Shown here piece after piece: positions 25,877-36,878 of a DNA stretch of 64,000 bases; the stretch's first letter is position 1, and every line of letters begins with the position of its first letter. The translations under genes and the position numbers were made by a program. The notes under the pieces are model-generated. The model saw only the letters and a program-made list of their open reading frames with translations. It made no database searches and was not told the DNA's origin. Origin of the DNA: Cetorhinus maximus (Eukaryota); NCBI RefSeq assembly GCF_964194155.1, contig NC_135902.1:40238001-40302000 (forward strand), in the 5' to 3' direction.

Positions 25877-28104
25877 TTTCTCCCTGGACCATGACCCCAC
25901 CACTGAACATCAAGCCATTGTTTCCAGGACTGTCACTGACCTCATCTCCTCTGGAGATCTTCCTTCCACAGCTTCCAACCTGATAGTCGCCCAACCTCGG
26001 ACGGCCCGCTTCTACCTCCTACCCAAAATCCACAAACAGGACTGTCCCGGCAGACCGATCGTGTCAGCCTGTTCCTGCCCCACAGAACTCATTTCTCGCT
26101 ATCTTGACTCCCTTCTCTCTCCCCTTGTCCAGTCCCTTCCCACCTACATCCGTGATTCCTCTGACACCTTACGTCACATCAACAATTTCCAGTTCCCTGA
26201 CCCCAACCGCCTCCTCTTCACCATGGATGTCCAATCCGTCTACACCTCCATCCCTCACCAGGATGGTCTGAGGGCTCTCTGCTTCTTCCTCGAACAGAGG
26301 CCCGAACAATCCCCATCCACCACTACTCTCCTCCGTCTGGCTGAACTTGTTCTCACACTGAACAATTTCTCCTTTAACTCCTCTCACTTCCTCCAAATAA
26401 AAGGTGTGGCTATGGGTACCCACATGGCCCCAGCTATGCCTGTCTCTTTATGGGGAATGTAGAACATTCCTTGTTGCAGTCCTACTCCGGCCCCCTCCCA
26501 CAACTCTTTCTCCGGTACATCGGTGATTACTTCGGTGCTACTTCATGCTCTCGTCGGGACCTGGAAAAATTTATTAATTTTGCTTCCAATCTCCACCCCT
26601 CCATCATTTTCACATGGTCCATCTCTGACACTTCCCTTCCCTTCCTTGACCTCTCTGTCTCAATTTCTGGTGATAGACTGTCCACCAATATCCATTACAA
26701 GCCTACCGACTCCCACAGCTACCTCGACTACAGCTCCTCACACCCCGCTTCCTGTAAGGACTCCATCCCATTCTCTCAGTTCCTTCGCCTCCGTCGCATC
26801 TGTTCTGATGATGCTACCTTCAAAAACAGTTCCTCTGACATGTTCTCCTTCTTCCTTAACCGAGGTTTTGACAGGTCCCTCAACCATGTCCGCCCATCTC
26901 CCGTGCATCCACCCTCACGCCTTCTCCTCCCTCCCAGAAACATGATAGGGTGCCCCTTGTCCTTACTTATCACCCCACCAGCCTCCGCATTCAAAGGATC
27001 ATCCTCCGGCATTTCCGCCAACTCCAGCATGATGCCACCACCAAACACATCTTCCCTTCACCCTCCCTGGCGGCATTCCGTAGGGATCGTTCCCTCCGTG
27101 ACACCCTGGTCCACTCCTCCATCACCCCCTACTCCTCAACCCCCTCCTATGGCACCTCCTCATGCAAACGCAGAAGGTGTAACACCTGCCCCTTCACTTC
27201 CTCTCTTCTCACCGTCCAAGGGCCCAAACACTCCTTTCAAGTGAAGCAGCATTTCACTTGCACTTCCCTCAACTTTGTCTACTGCATTCGTTGCTCCCAA
27301 TGCGGTTTCCTCTACATTGGAGAGACCAAACGCAGACTGGGTGACCGCTTTGCAGAACACCTTCGGTCTGTCCGCAAGCATTACCCAGACCTCCCTGTTG
27401 CTTGCCATTTTAACACTCCACCCTGCTCTCTTGTCCACATGTCTGTCCTTGGCTTGCTGCATTGTTCCAGTGAAGCTCAACGCAAACTGGAGGAACAGCA
27501 CCTCATTTTCCGACTAGGCACTTTACAGCCTTCCGGATTGAATATTGAGTTCAACAATTTTAGATCTTGAACTCCCTCCTCCATCCCCACCCCCTTTCCG
27601 TTTCTTCCCCCTCCTTTTTGTTTTTTCCAATAATTTATATCGATTTTTCTTTTCCCACTTATTTCCATTATTTTTAAATGGATTTCCACCCATCGTTTAT
27701 TTATACCTTTTATGCCCCTTTAGTCTTATTTCACCCCACCCCCACTGGAGCTATCTGTACTTTGCTTGTCCTGCTCTCCATTCTTAATTAGCACATTCTT
27801 TTAGATAATATCACCACCTTCAACACCTCTTTGTTCTTTTGTCTGTGACATCTTTTGGTTATCTCCTCCTATCACTGCTTGCTTGTCCCAACAAACCCCC
27901 CCTTCTCCTCCCCCCCCACCTTAAACCAGCTTATATTTCACCCCTTTCCTATTTTAACTTAGTTCTGTTGAAGGGTCACGAGGACTCGAAACGTCAACTG
28001 TGCTCTTCTCCGCCGATGCTGCCAGACCTGCTGAGTTTTTCCAGGTATTTCTGTTTCTGTTTTTGTTTTGAATTTCCAGCATCCGCAGTTTTTTGTTTTT
28101 ATTT
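25877..28104 (+). mobile_element. Penelope-like retroelement, 5'-truncated: frameshifted RT + GIY-YIG endonuclease + 3' terminal region
   Basis: RT motifs LFTMDVQSVYTSIP, QIKGVAMG, RYIGD (mutated YIDD), LPFLDL; GIY-YIG domain VYCIRCSQCGFLYIGETKRRLGDRFAEH in ORF 26950-27570; perfect 13-bp TSD AATACAGAGTTTC at 25864-25876 and 28105-28117. Confidence 0.93.
27961..27999 (+). ncRNA. Minimal type I hammerhead-ribozyme-like motif in the Penelope terminus (core variant)
   Basis: AGTT-CTGTTGA-A-GGGTC(ACGAG)GACTC-GAAA-CGTC-AACT: stem I AGTT/AACT, 5-bp stem II, palindromic ACGT in place of stem III, GUC site; core reads CUGUUGA instead of CUGANGA. Confidence 0.6.
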
Positions 28105-28335
28105 AATACAGAGTTTCAGTTACCTTCTCACTAGAGTGGTGGATGGCCAGTCAAGTGATTCCTCAGATGTCTCTTGGGGATAGCGAAAAGGACCTTGTAT
28201 AACTGTGAGCAGTGCTAAACTTCACTGGTAGTGTAGAGTAATTAGCTACACTGGCCCCAGGTCTTCCTTGATCAAATGGTGCACCTCAGTTAAAGCATCC
28301 CTGATGAGCCTGAACCACTTCATGAATTGTTCCTC

Positions 28336-29387
28336 TGTCATGTCAGATAGTTGATTTTGTTGTAATAAACACGCTGATACAGGTGGGGAGAGCTGTGAGA
28401 TAATTCCTCCCTTTCCCACCTCTTGACTGACTGCAACAAGATGTATTTTAGAGAAGTGTTTTAATCCCTTGAGTGTTGTGACTATAAAGACATGAAACAA
28501 GCTTTCTTATAACTCAAAAGAAAGGAGAAACATTTATTTGCACAACACCCAAAATATAGTCACAATGACACCCACTCCTCATCCACACACACAAAGATGA
28601 TTTCTAGACATGTAGCTTGCACTTAAATTGTTTAAAGGGTAAAAAAATAAACATGTCACTTCCATAAACAGTCCTCAAGATGGTAGTTGAAACATTGCAA
28701 GCCTGAAGGATTCTCTCTTGGTTCACTGAAGATAATAGAAGTTGGAGGCTTTTGTTTTTTCAGTCGAAATTGTGTTTGAGCCCCTGTAGTGAAGATTATA
28801 ATCTTTCAGGTAAAACAAATTAACCCCACTTCACTGCCTGAGATAACTTTCTTATTGAGGCACTGTTCTTTCCTTTTACTGTGCAAGATTTCTTCCTTTG
28901 TAGTATTGGTCCCACACTAACTTTCTGGGCCGCCCTTGTGGATTAATAAGATATTTTCCTATCACGAGCCAATTTCTGTCATGTGATCACAGTATCAATG
29001 TTTCTATTGTTCACACAAATGGGTGATGGCTGAGCAATTCATCACACAATGGAGGATGTTTGGTAAGCAATCAATATTCCAGCCATGAATTGCCTCCAAA
29101 ATGTCTTTATTTGTAATTCCATCTTCATGGGGCCAGCAAGTCTAACAGTCATTGTTACCTTAAGTCTCTTCAATGCAAGGTCCTCCAAGGTTGTTTTCAT
29201 TTTAATTTCATTCCAGAGGTATGCTCAGATGTGTCTGTCCTTGTCTGTACAAAAACCATAAAGGAGGCCAGATGACCGTCTGGAGTCCATTTTGTCAAGG
29301 TAATTGTCCATTATTCCATGGTGTCATCTTTAGAAATAGTATCCGTCTTCCTAATAAGTTTTACAGGCATATGACATAACCATGACA
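28336..29387. mobile_element. Possible solo LTR or unclassified repeat
   Basis: TGTCATG...CATGACA inverted termini about 1.05 kb apart; no matching TSD seen. Confidence 0.3.
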
Positions 29388-30440
29388 ACACCACCTGGAA
29401 TAAACCTTGCCGGTTAGTGTAATCCTTATGCAAATCAACTTTCTCCTGGGGTTAAATTATCTCCATTCTTTTGAAGTCCACCGTAATTCTAAATTAGTTT
29501 TTCAAATCTTGGCTTTTAACAAAACATTAGTAAGTTAAATTAACTTTTTTAAAATCACCTTTTACGAAGCTTTCTCGATCCATTTCTGAATATGACCAAA
29601 CCTTAGGATTGGGTTAATCATGAATGGCTAATTTGTTAACACGTTGTAATGATAATGTGGCACTGTTTAGACTGGGCTACTTTATCATTACAATTACTGA
29701 ACAGGGCAAAATGTGGTCCAAATATTTTGATTTGTGGTATTATATTTGTTCGCAGGGGTATTAAAGGTCACAGAATGAAAGTGGGTAGATAGAGACTACC
29801 CACGGATTGGCCATGATCTAATTGAATGCAGAACAAGCGGGAGGGGCAAAGTGGCCTACTCCTGTTCTTGTGTTGCTATGTAGTTTATTGGACTTCTCCA
29901 CATTGCAGAAGGTATGTCAAATGCCAGCTAGGAACCAACCCAGTTTGCCAATAGTGCAGTGTTTGTTACGCCAAATACTTTGCAGTGGCAGATCAGCATT
30001 AATTTGGAACAATGAACAGCCACATTTTTTAGGTGAGGTGCAGTATTAAAGCTTGGATCAGCTGCGTGTGTATTTTCTTTACCTGCTGCAGCAACACCAT
30101 TCTGCTTTGTTCCAGTTCAGTGTCCACATGTTCAGTCCCCTCCCTGCCCCCCCCCCCCCCCCCCCCCCGCCCCCCCCCACCACCCACCACCCACACAATG
30201 TTCAGTGCCTTTGAATCAGCTGTACATTCAGGCTAATTCAAAGGATATTCAAATTAACTTGGAAATGTGCCAGCTCCTCCATTGACAGCTTGTGGACCTA
30301 ATTATCACCCAATCCTCACATATAAAAAATTTATAGAGGGAGTGAATGTTGGGGGGGTGCATACTAATCTAAGCCGCTTTCCATTTTAGTAACTCAATAT
30401 TTAACACATCACTTGACACCAGATGGCTCATCGGATAACC

Positions 30441-30930
30441 AATGCTGGAAATCAAAAGAGAAAATGCTGGAAATACTCAGCAAGACAGGCAGCGTCTGTG
30501 GAGAGAGAAACAAAGTTAATGTTTCAGGTTGATGCCTTTTCATTAGAACTGGGATAAGGTGGAGATGTAATAGTTTTTGAGCAAGGAGGAGGACAAAGGA
30601 AGGTCTGTGATTGGGTGGATGGCGGGAGATTAAATGACAGAAAAGCTACCCTTACAGGGCAAAAAGGAATGGTGTTGGGGCAAGCAAAGAAACAAGCAAA
30701 AGATGTGCCTAGAGCAAGTGTTCCACTGTTTGAAAGCGAAAATAAGAGAAAAACTGAAACATGCAAAGAAATGGAAATGAAATAGGCAGAGTTTAGAGTC
30801 TGGAATTGTTGAACTCCACGTTAAGTCTGGAAGGCTGTAAAGTGCCTAATTGAAAAATGAGGTGCTGTTCCTCAGATGTACGTTGAGCTTCACTGGGACA
30901 GTGCAGCAGGCCAAGGACACAGATGTTGGG
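30441..30930 (-). mobile_element. Penelope-like 3' fragment (older subfamily)
   Basis: 30800-30925 is the reverse complement of the GIY-YIG C-terminal coding end (EQHLIF..GTLQPS..LN.EFNN); hammerhead-like remnant at 30514-30550. Confidence 0.8.
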
Positions 30931-31049
30931 GTGATGGTGAAGAAATATCCAGAACATGTTTGTAAAGTCAACCCTCTAATTTCTGAATTAGGTTTTCTAA
31001 TTTTTTAATTTGTTTTTTGTATGATAGTTTCTTTTGCTATCAATTGTTT

Positions 31050-33200
31050 CCTTTCATTATTTTGGAAACTTCTAAAGATCACCTGAAATTGTTTTTACTT
31101 CCAATGAGAACAAACTCGTATTAATCTTTCCTAATAAATAAGATTCCTGAGGCTGAGTATTATCCAAATTGGCCTATGCGCTATTATCTCAAAGGCTAAA
31201 GTATCCTTCTGATGGTCTAAAGACTGGAGTAATGAACACTACTCCAGAAAAGGTCTAACCAGTGTTTTTTATTGGGTTGCAACTTTGATTTGTATCCTGT
31301 TCTATCACTACTACAACTACAATTACTAGTTTGATTGTTTCAAAGGAGTTTCTCCAATAACTGTAAATTCCTTTCCCGATCAGTATGCTGCATGACTTTT
31401 GCATTTAACTCAAATTCCCTATCCTGGTCTCATATCAATTATTCCTACATCTTCACTGCCTCCTTTTTTCATCGATTGGCTCATTTTCCCAAAGGTTGCA
31501 ACTTCCATTGAACTTGCTTGTGTTATTTCTCAATGTTTGCTATAGCTCTAAATTTAGTATCTTTTGCAACCCTTGAAATATTGTTTTTCATGCCATGAAT
31601 ATTATTAATATCAGAGGCCTGAGGTATCGCTTCCATAAGCCTTTGCCTACTGGAAAGTTCTCTTTTATGGCAATATTCCAATTCAGTCAATTTTCTACCC
31701 AATGCTTTCGTTATATTTGGTGATTTTTAACTTTATGCGATTTTATATAACTGCCAACATGGCAGTGATATCTACAACATGAAGTAATATCCAAATAACA
31801 ATCCAACTCTTTAATTCAGCACAGTTTCCCCCTCCTGGGTCATGCTCGCAGTCCTTTGTCAAACTGTCCTTTCCAGGTCCCTGTCTATGATTTCTTTTAT
31901 TCTCTATGACTCGTATCGGATGCCATTTGGCAATTTTGAAACAATGTAATCATGTTTGTGATTTTGCAATCCTTTGGGACCTCTTTCCAATTAAATGAAT
32001 TTTTTAAAATATTGCTTAAAGATTTGGCAATATTTAACCCACTTCCACTGGAAGTATGTTTTCTAAACCTCATTCTTTACTTACTTTAGAAATAGGTAAC
32101 ATTTGTAATGACCATTCCTATCATTTACAGCGTATTACCTAACTCTTCCTTGGTCTTTTCTGAAAACATAATCCTTGGATTAGGCAAATCTCCAACCTAT
32201 TCCTCTGTAAAACAGGTGGGAAGAAACTGTTTAAGAGGATTCTTTTCTTATCCCCAGGTTCAGAATTCTCTCCCCTTTTTAAATGGCCTGATACTTTCTA
32301 TTTGTATCACCTTGTCTGCTATTTAAACAACCACTTGTTAGATGTTCTTCATTTTTAACATGATTTTGTTTGTGCTTTATTTCAAGTTCTCCAAACCCTT
32401 CTTAAATTACTCTATTTTAGGTGGCTTCTGTTTGTCCCTTAAAATATAACTTATAGTCCTATTTAGTTATGTTGGCCCCTTTTAATTTTATTTTACAAAA
32501 TTGAATTTTGACTGCAGCCTTCCTCACCATTATAGATTCTCCATAATGAGTCCATTTTCTTTAAACATTTTTTTTATATCTCCTCGCAAGTCTGTTCTTT
32601 TTAAACTTCAACATTTTTGTGTTACTGCCCTTTCCATACAGCCCCATGAGCATTTCACATCTGATTAGTCAGTGGATCTTAGATGTTCCTCAGGTTTGAG
32701 TTTGAATCTCCATCATTAAATCCAAAATAAGTTCTAACTTCATTGGCTCTCCAACAACTGTCTTCCACTGCCCCAGGAACATAAATCTTCCTCAGTTGTT
32801 TTGCTGTTGTGATCCAAGTCAATATTCAGGTGACTGAAATCTCCATCATCAATGTGAATCTTGTGTTTTGGTGTGAGAAGTGGGCATAATTTTCTGGAAA
32901 GCTCCCAAAGCACATCCTGCAAACACAATGTGCAGCAAATTTCAATCAGCCCGATGGGAGGTCTCCCTCAGTGCTTAACTACATAACCAAGTCATTTTGC
33001 AATGGCTCAGGAACATAATGTTCAGGAACATGTTGCATCAACTCATCCGTTCTAACCTTCTATTGCATTTTAATACACTTAGATCAGAAGAGTTCTGTCA
33101 GCTATCTGGATAGTATCTCAAGCCATGAACTCAGCTTGAGGCCTCACTTCAAGTTGGACCTTTACCAGTTTTGTTGCTTAGTGTCTGACCATGATAGTTC
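31050..33200 (-). mobile_element. Very old degraded LINE (CR1-like) remnant
   Basis: Scattered RT-like remnants and an endonuclease-like GDFS motif in ORF 32740-32928; boundaries approximate. Confidence 0.4.
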
Positions 33201-34331
33201 AGATTCAAAGCATGTTGAACACTTATGTGGCTGATCAAGTTGAAGACAGTTTATATCCCTGTGTAAGGAGTTTCTATTTTCCTAAGCAGTGTTCCTTTAC
33301 AACCTCCATATTCAAAATCTGAATAATAACTATTTTATTTAGGTCTATTTCTTGTTTGGTCAATATATATTCATAATATCTTCTCATTATTGGTGGAACT
33401 TTGACAAAGATTTACAGCCAATTGAATTGTTAACTTGGTCCAAATATTGGAAGTTAAAAGCCCTAACTGTTCATGTTTTGAAACTATTGTCGAAATATCC
33501 TCTGGTTAGTGCCTTCAACCGGATTCCCATGGAATTCAGCTACATATCCTTTTAGCAATTCAGATTTAACTTGAGGTGCCTTCTGTGCCATCCCTTATCA
33601 TTAGCTAATGGATTGAATCTGACAGAGACACCAATCACTGACCCTACTCAGAATATTTTAGTACTGCACAGTAAACATAGCAGGTCAGTGAGAGACAGTT
33701 ATACAGATAAGGCTGATGTTGAATTTGAATTTGGTGGCTTATGGCACCTCAGAAAGAAATAGGAAAAACTGACCATTGACTAAGCAAGTACAGTACCTAC
33801 AGATTAAATGAAGCACAGATAATGCTAGTCGACAATTGCAAGTAGACTTATTTCTCCGTTATGAATGTATACTACCATTTTACTTAAGGAATCAAAAACT
33901 TAAATATGTTCAAATTGCTTTAATTTTCTGAATTAATTTGATGGGGTCAAACGAAGAACATTCACACCAGCACCAACCCCAATATTTATTCGATTCTTAA
34001 ATTGGCATTGGCAGAACCACGTTTCAACAAAATACTTTTACACAACTTTGCACAGCTGTCAGGATAAGGTACGGAGGACGCATGAAATGTAATTTTTAAC
34101 AGCCTGGGCGCTGTTGCTGCTGGTATCTTTATTAAAACCGTTCACACAGTCTAACGTTGGCGACAGAGGGGATGCACTTAGTCATGAAGACAAGTTAAAT
34201 TTGTTTGCGATCTTTGGTCCGAATAAATTGATGCAACGCCCGTCTGAGCGCAAAAAAAAAATCCCCCCTCGCTTAGGTTCTGTTCGACTGTGGAGGAGTT
34301 GACCTCGCATCTTCTTAAAAAAAAAACAACT

Positions 34332-34449
34332 GAGAGTGCAGATTTCTCAACTGGGAATCGTCCGCAAAAAAAAAAGGCGAGAATGCAGATTTCTCAACTG
34401 GAAATCATCCGTAAAAAAAAGCGAGAATGCAGATTTCGGAATCATCCGT
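34332..34449. repeat. Tandem repeat, ~45 bp x ~2.6
   Basis: GAGA(G/A)TGCAGATTTC..AATC(G/A)TCCG units at 34332, 34379 and 34423, separated by A-runs. Confidence 0.8.
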
Positions 34450-35675
34450 GCAGCAGAAGGAAGTGTGTGAAGCATTGGAGAAGTATTGTTAGACGGAAGC
34501 CCTGAAATTATACGGCAGGATAGAAATCTAACCCCCCACCACCCACCCGCTTCGCCCTCGGGGTGACAGCCTTCGCCCCTGTGCCTTCCTGAAGTAGCGA
34601 GAGAGCAAGTTTAAATCCCGCAGTGAGTAGACAGAGCGCCTTGGGGCGCTTCTGAAAGGTGTGACACGGGGCTGGATAAACACTCTTCCCCTTTCGACAA
34701 TGAAAAATGCGGGGAACAAGTACAATGGGCTTTGTTTAATATTTACCGAGAAGCCTCCAAGGCTTGTTCAATCCATATTTGCATAACTCGAGTTTAAAAA
34801 CCTATTTTCAATTGGATTTCACCAGACCGAGAGAGATGAAATTACTACATTGTATAGTTTGCCACCAGGTCATTTGTGAGTGACCTCCAAAAGGGTCGGG
34901 GACAAGCCCTGCAGCCAAACACCCATTGAACCCCCTAATCCTTCGCACGCAACTCGCTCGTAAATAGTTTGTGGGATTAGTAGAGGGTTTGCACCTATCG
35001 CACTCGTTTCGTGTAACAGATTTCAGCTACGTGACTCCAGTAAAATTGCTTTTCCAGAGTCCCTCAGTTTACTAATTCCGGCTGTTACGACTGTATTTTC
35101 ACTGCGCCCTGTTTTACCCTTGAAATAACGGCTTTAAAATACGTATAGAGAACAGTCACCGATCGAAATAATTCACTGCATGTGAACCGCTTTGCAGCTT
35201 CCAGAGCGAAACCAATAACCAATTCTTTCCTTCTTATTTACAACCTTTCACTGTTGCTGTGTTAATCTGCATCTGTGGTATTATTATAGTCACACCCTGA
35301 CATAGTGTGTGACTATTTTGAACATGAGCTGACTGTAGATGCGCCAGGCTGTGTTCAGTTGCTCTTGAATCTTGCAGGGTCCCGCCCGAGTGTAGCCCAA
35401 GTCTATAGAAATGTCCCGATTCCTTTGACTTTTAGCACGTTTATTCAGAAAGAATTTAAAAAAAAAGAATAGCTTATCCAAAGCGGCCAAATTGGTGGTC
35501 CCCGCAATCCTGATGCAAAACCCAGACTGTGTGTGTTCGGATGTCTCCAGTCACGGTTCACTGCTTCTGTCTCTCCTCCCTGTTCATAAAACTAAAAAAA
35601 AAGAGAGCCCTAGACTGAAAATTCATTTTTTGGACACCTTTTGATTTGAAGGGGCTGCCTGCAGGAGGGGTGGGG

Positions 35676-36794
35676 TTACACTCTGAACCCACTCTCCACT
35701 TGCCCAGCAGAAACAATGAGCTGGGACTCGGTGAGACCCTCCATCGGGTGCTCCTCCACACCGGCCCCCTTCTCCCTCAGCGCCAGCCTGGGGCACAGCA
35801 TCACTTGGCAGCTTCTCCAGAAAGTGTCTGACAGGTAGATGTAGAGAATGGGGTTGGCGCAGCTGTTGAAGTAGGAGAGGACCACCATGAACTCGAAGAA
35901 CCTCCTGAGGGTGAAGCTGTCGGGGATGGGCAGGAAGACAGCGCAGATGTTGATGATGTAGAACGGGAGCCAGCAGATAGCAAAGGCCAGCACTATGGCC
36001 ACGACCATGGTGGTGACCTTCTTCTCTGAGTTCTCAGCCTGGCTTCTATGGGATGATATCAGGGCGCTCTTTATTCTCATCAGCAACAAGATGTAGCAGA
36101 GCGAGATGATGGTGAAGGGCAGGGCAAATCCCAGCACAAAGGTATAGACAATGAAGGTGGTGGACCAAACAAACACAGGCTCCGGCCAGATTAAAGTACA
36201 TACACCCAAAGTGCCGTCCACATCCGAATATATGGCCATGGGGATGACAGGAATGAAGGAAATCGCCCAGAGGATGACACTGACCCTCTTTGCCAGCCTT
36301 GGGCTGCGCCACCTGGACGATCTGACGGGGTGGACCACAGCCAGGTACCTGTCGATGCTCATCACCGTGATGCAGAAAACGCTGGTGAACTGGTTAATGC
36401 CGTCAAGGATCATCACCAGCCGACACATGAAGCCGCCAAAGGGCCAGCGGCGGAGGGCGATCTGCAGAGCGAGGAATGGCAGGCCCAGCATGAAGAGGCC
36501 GTCTGCTATTGCCAGGTTGAAGATGTAGATGTTGGCCACTGTCCTCATCCTGGCCTGGTGGACAATGGTGAAGATGACCAGCGAGTTGCCGGTCAGCCCC
36601 AGCACACACACCAAGCAGTAGAGCGTGGGGACAAGGACGTCGTAGAGACTTGACTCTGCTCCATCCTCCAGGTCCTGGGTGTCGTTCGCCGGCCACAGCC
36701 CATCGGATGCGTTGGCTGCCGCTTCCAGATGAAAGAGGGTCTCGGCATCCACCCTTAGCACCGACGTGTTCCCTTCAGGTGGAGAGCAGCTCAT
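35676..36794 (-). CDS. Divergent somatostatin receptor of the SSTR2/3/5 branch, 372 aa from the first ATG, intronless CDS
   Basis: [75 protein letters not shown]; N-terminal sequons NTS/NAS/NDT; ATG at 36794 with an in-frame stop upstream at 36831-36833; minus-strand AATAAA at 35440-35445. Confidence 0.93.
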   Translation of the reverse strand: MSCSPPEGNTSVLRVDAETLFHLEAAANASDGLWPANDTQDLEDGAESSLYDVLVPTLYCLVCVLGLTGNSLVIFTIVHQARMRTVANIYIFNLAIADGLFMLGLPFLALQIALRRWPFGGFMCRLVMILDGINQFTSVFCITVMSIDRYLAVVHPVRSSRWRSPRLAKRVSVILWAISFIPVIPMAIYSDVDGTLGVCTLIWPEPVFVWSTTFIVYTFVLGFALPFTIISLCYILLLMRIKSALISSHRSQAENSEKKVTTMVVAIVLAFAICWLPFYIINICAVFLPIPDSFTLRRFFEFMVVLSYFNSCANPILYIYLSDTFWRSCQVMLCPRLALREKGAGVEEHPMEGLTESQLIVSAGQVESGFRV

Positions 36795-36864
36795 TTTGTT
36801 GCTGTTGATGTTCACGCGGCGGAGGCAGGATTAAGACATCCGAGCCGCTTTGAGGTGTTCTTCA

Positions 36865-36878
36865 CTGAAACAAGGGGG
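36865..36878 (-). other. Predicted splice acceptor of a 5'UTR intron of the second SSTR gene
   Basis: CCCCCTTGTTTCAG| on the minus strand, 70 nt before the ATG; candidate donors at 38368 (GAG|GTGAGG) and 38362 (G|GTAAGG). Confidence 0.5.

Noticed and set aside
34332-34449. CRISPR-like appearance of spaced repeats (also 612-736)
   Set aside because: Eukaryotic context, no unique spacers and no cas genes; simple tandem duplications.
35676-36794. Naming the second receptor SSTR6, SSTR3 or SSTR5, or calling it a pseudogene
   Set aside because: DGINQFTS argues against the SSTR1/4/6 branch; the tail and position fit neither SSTR3 nor SSTR5; the ORF and core motifs are intact. Left unnamed pending phylogeny.
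36795-36815. GTG start giving a 379-aa receptor, as in the ORF track
   Set aside because: In a vertebrate gene the ATG at 36794 is the likely start.
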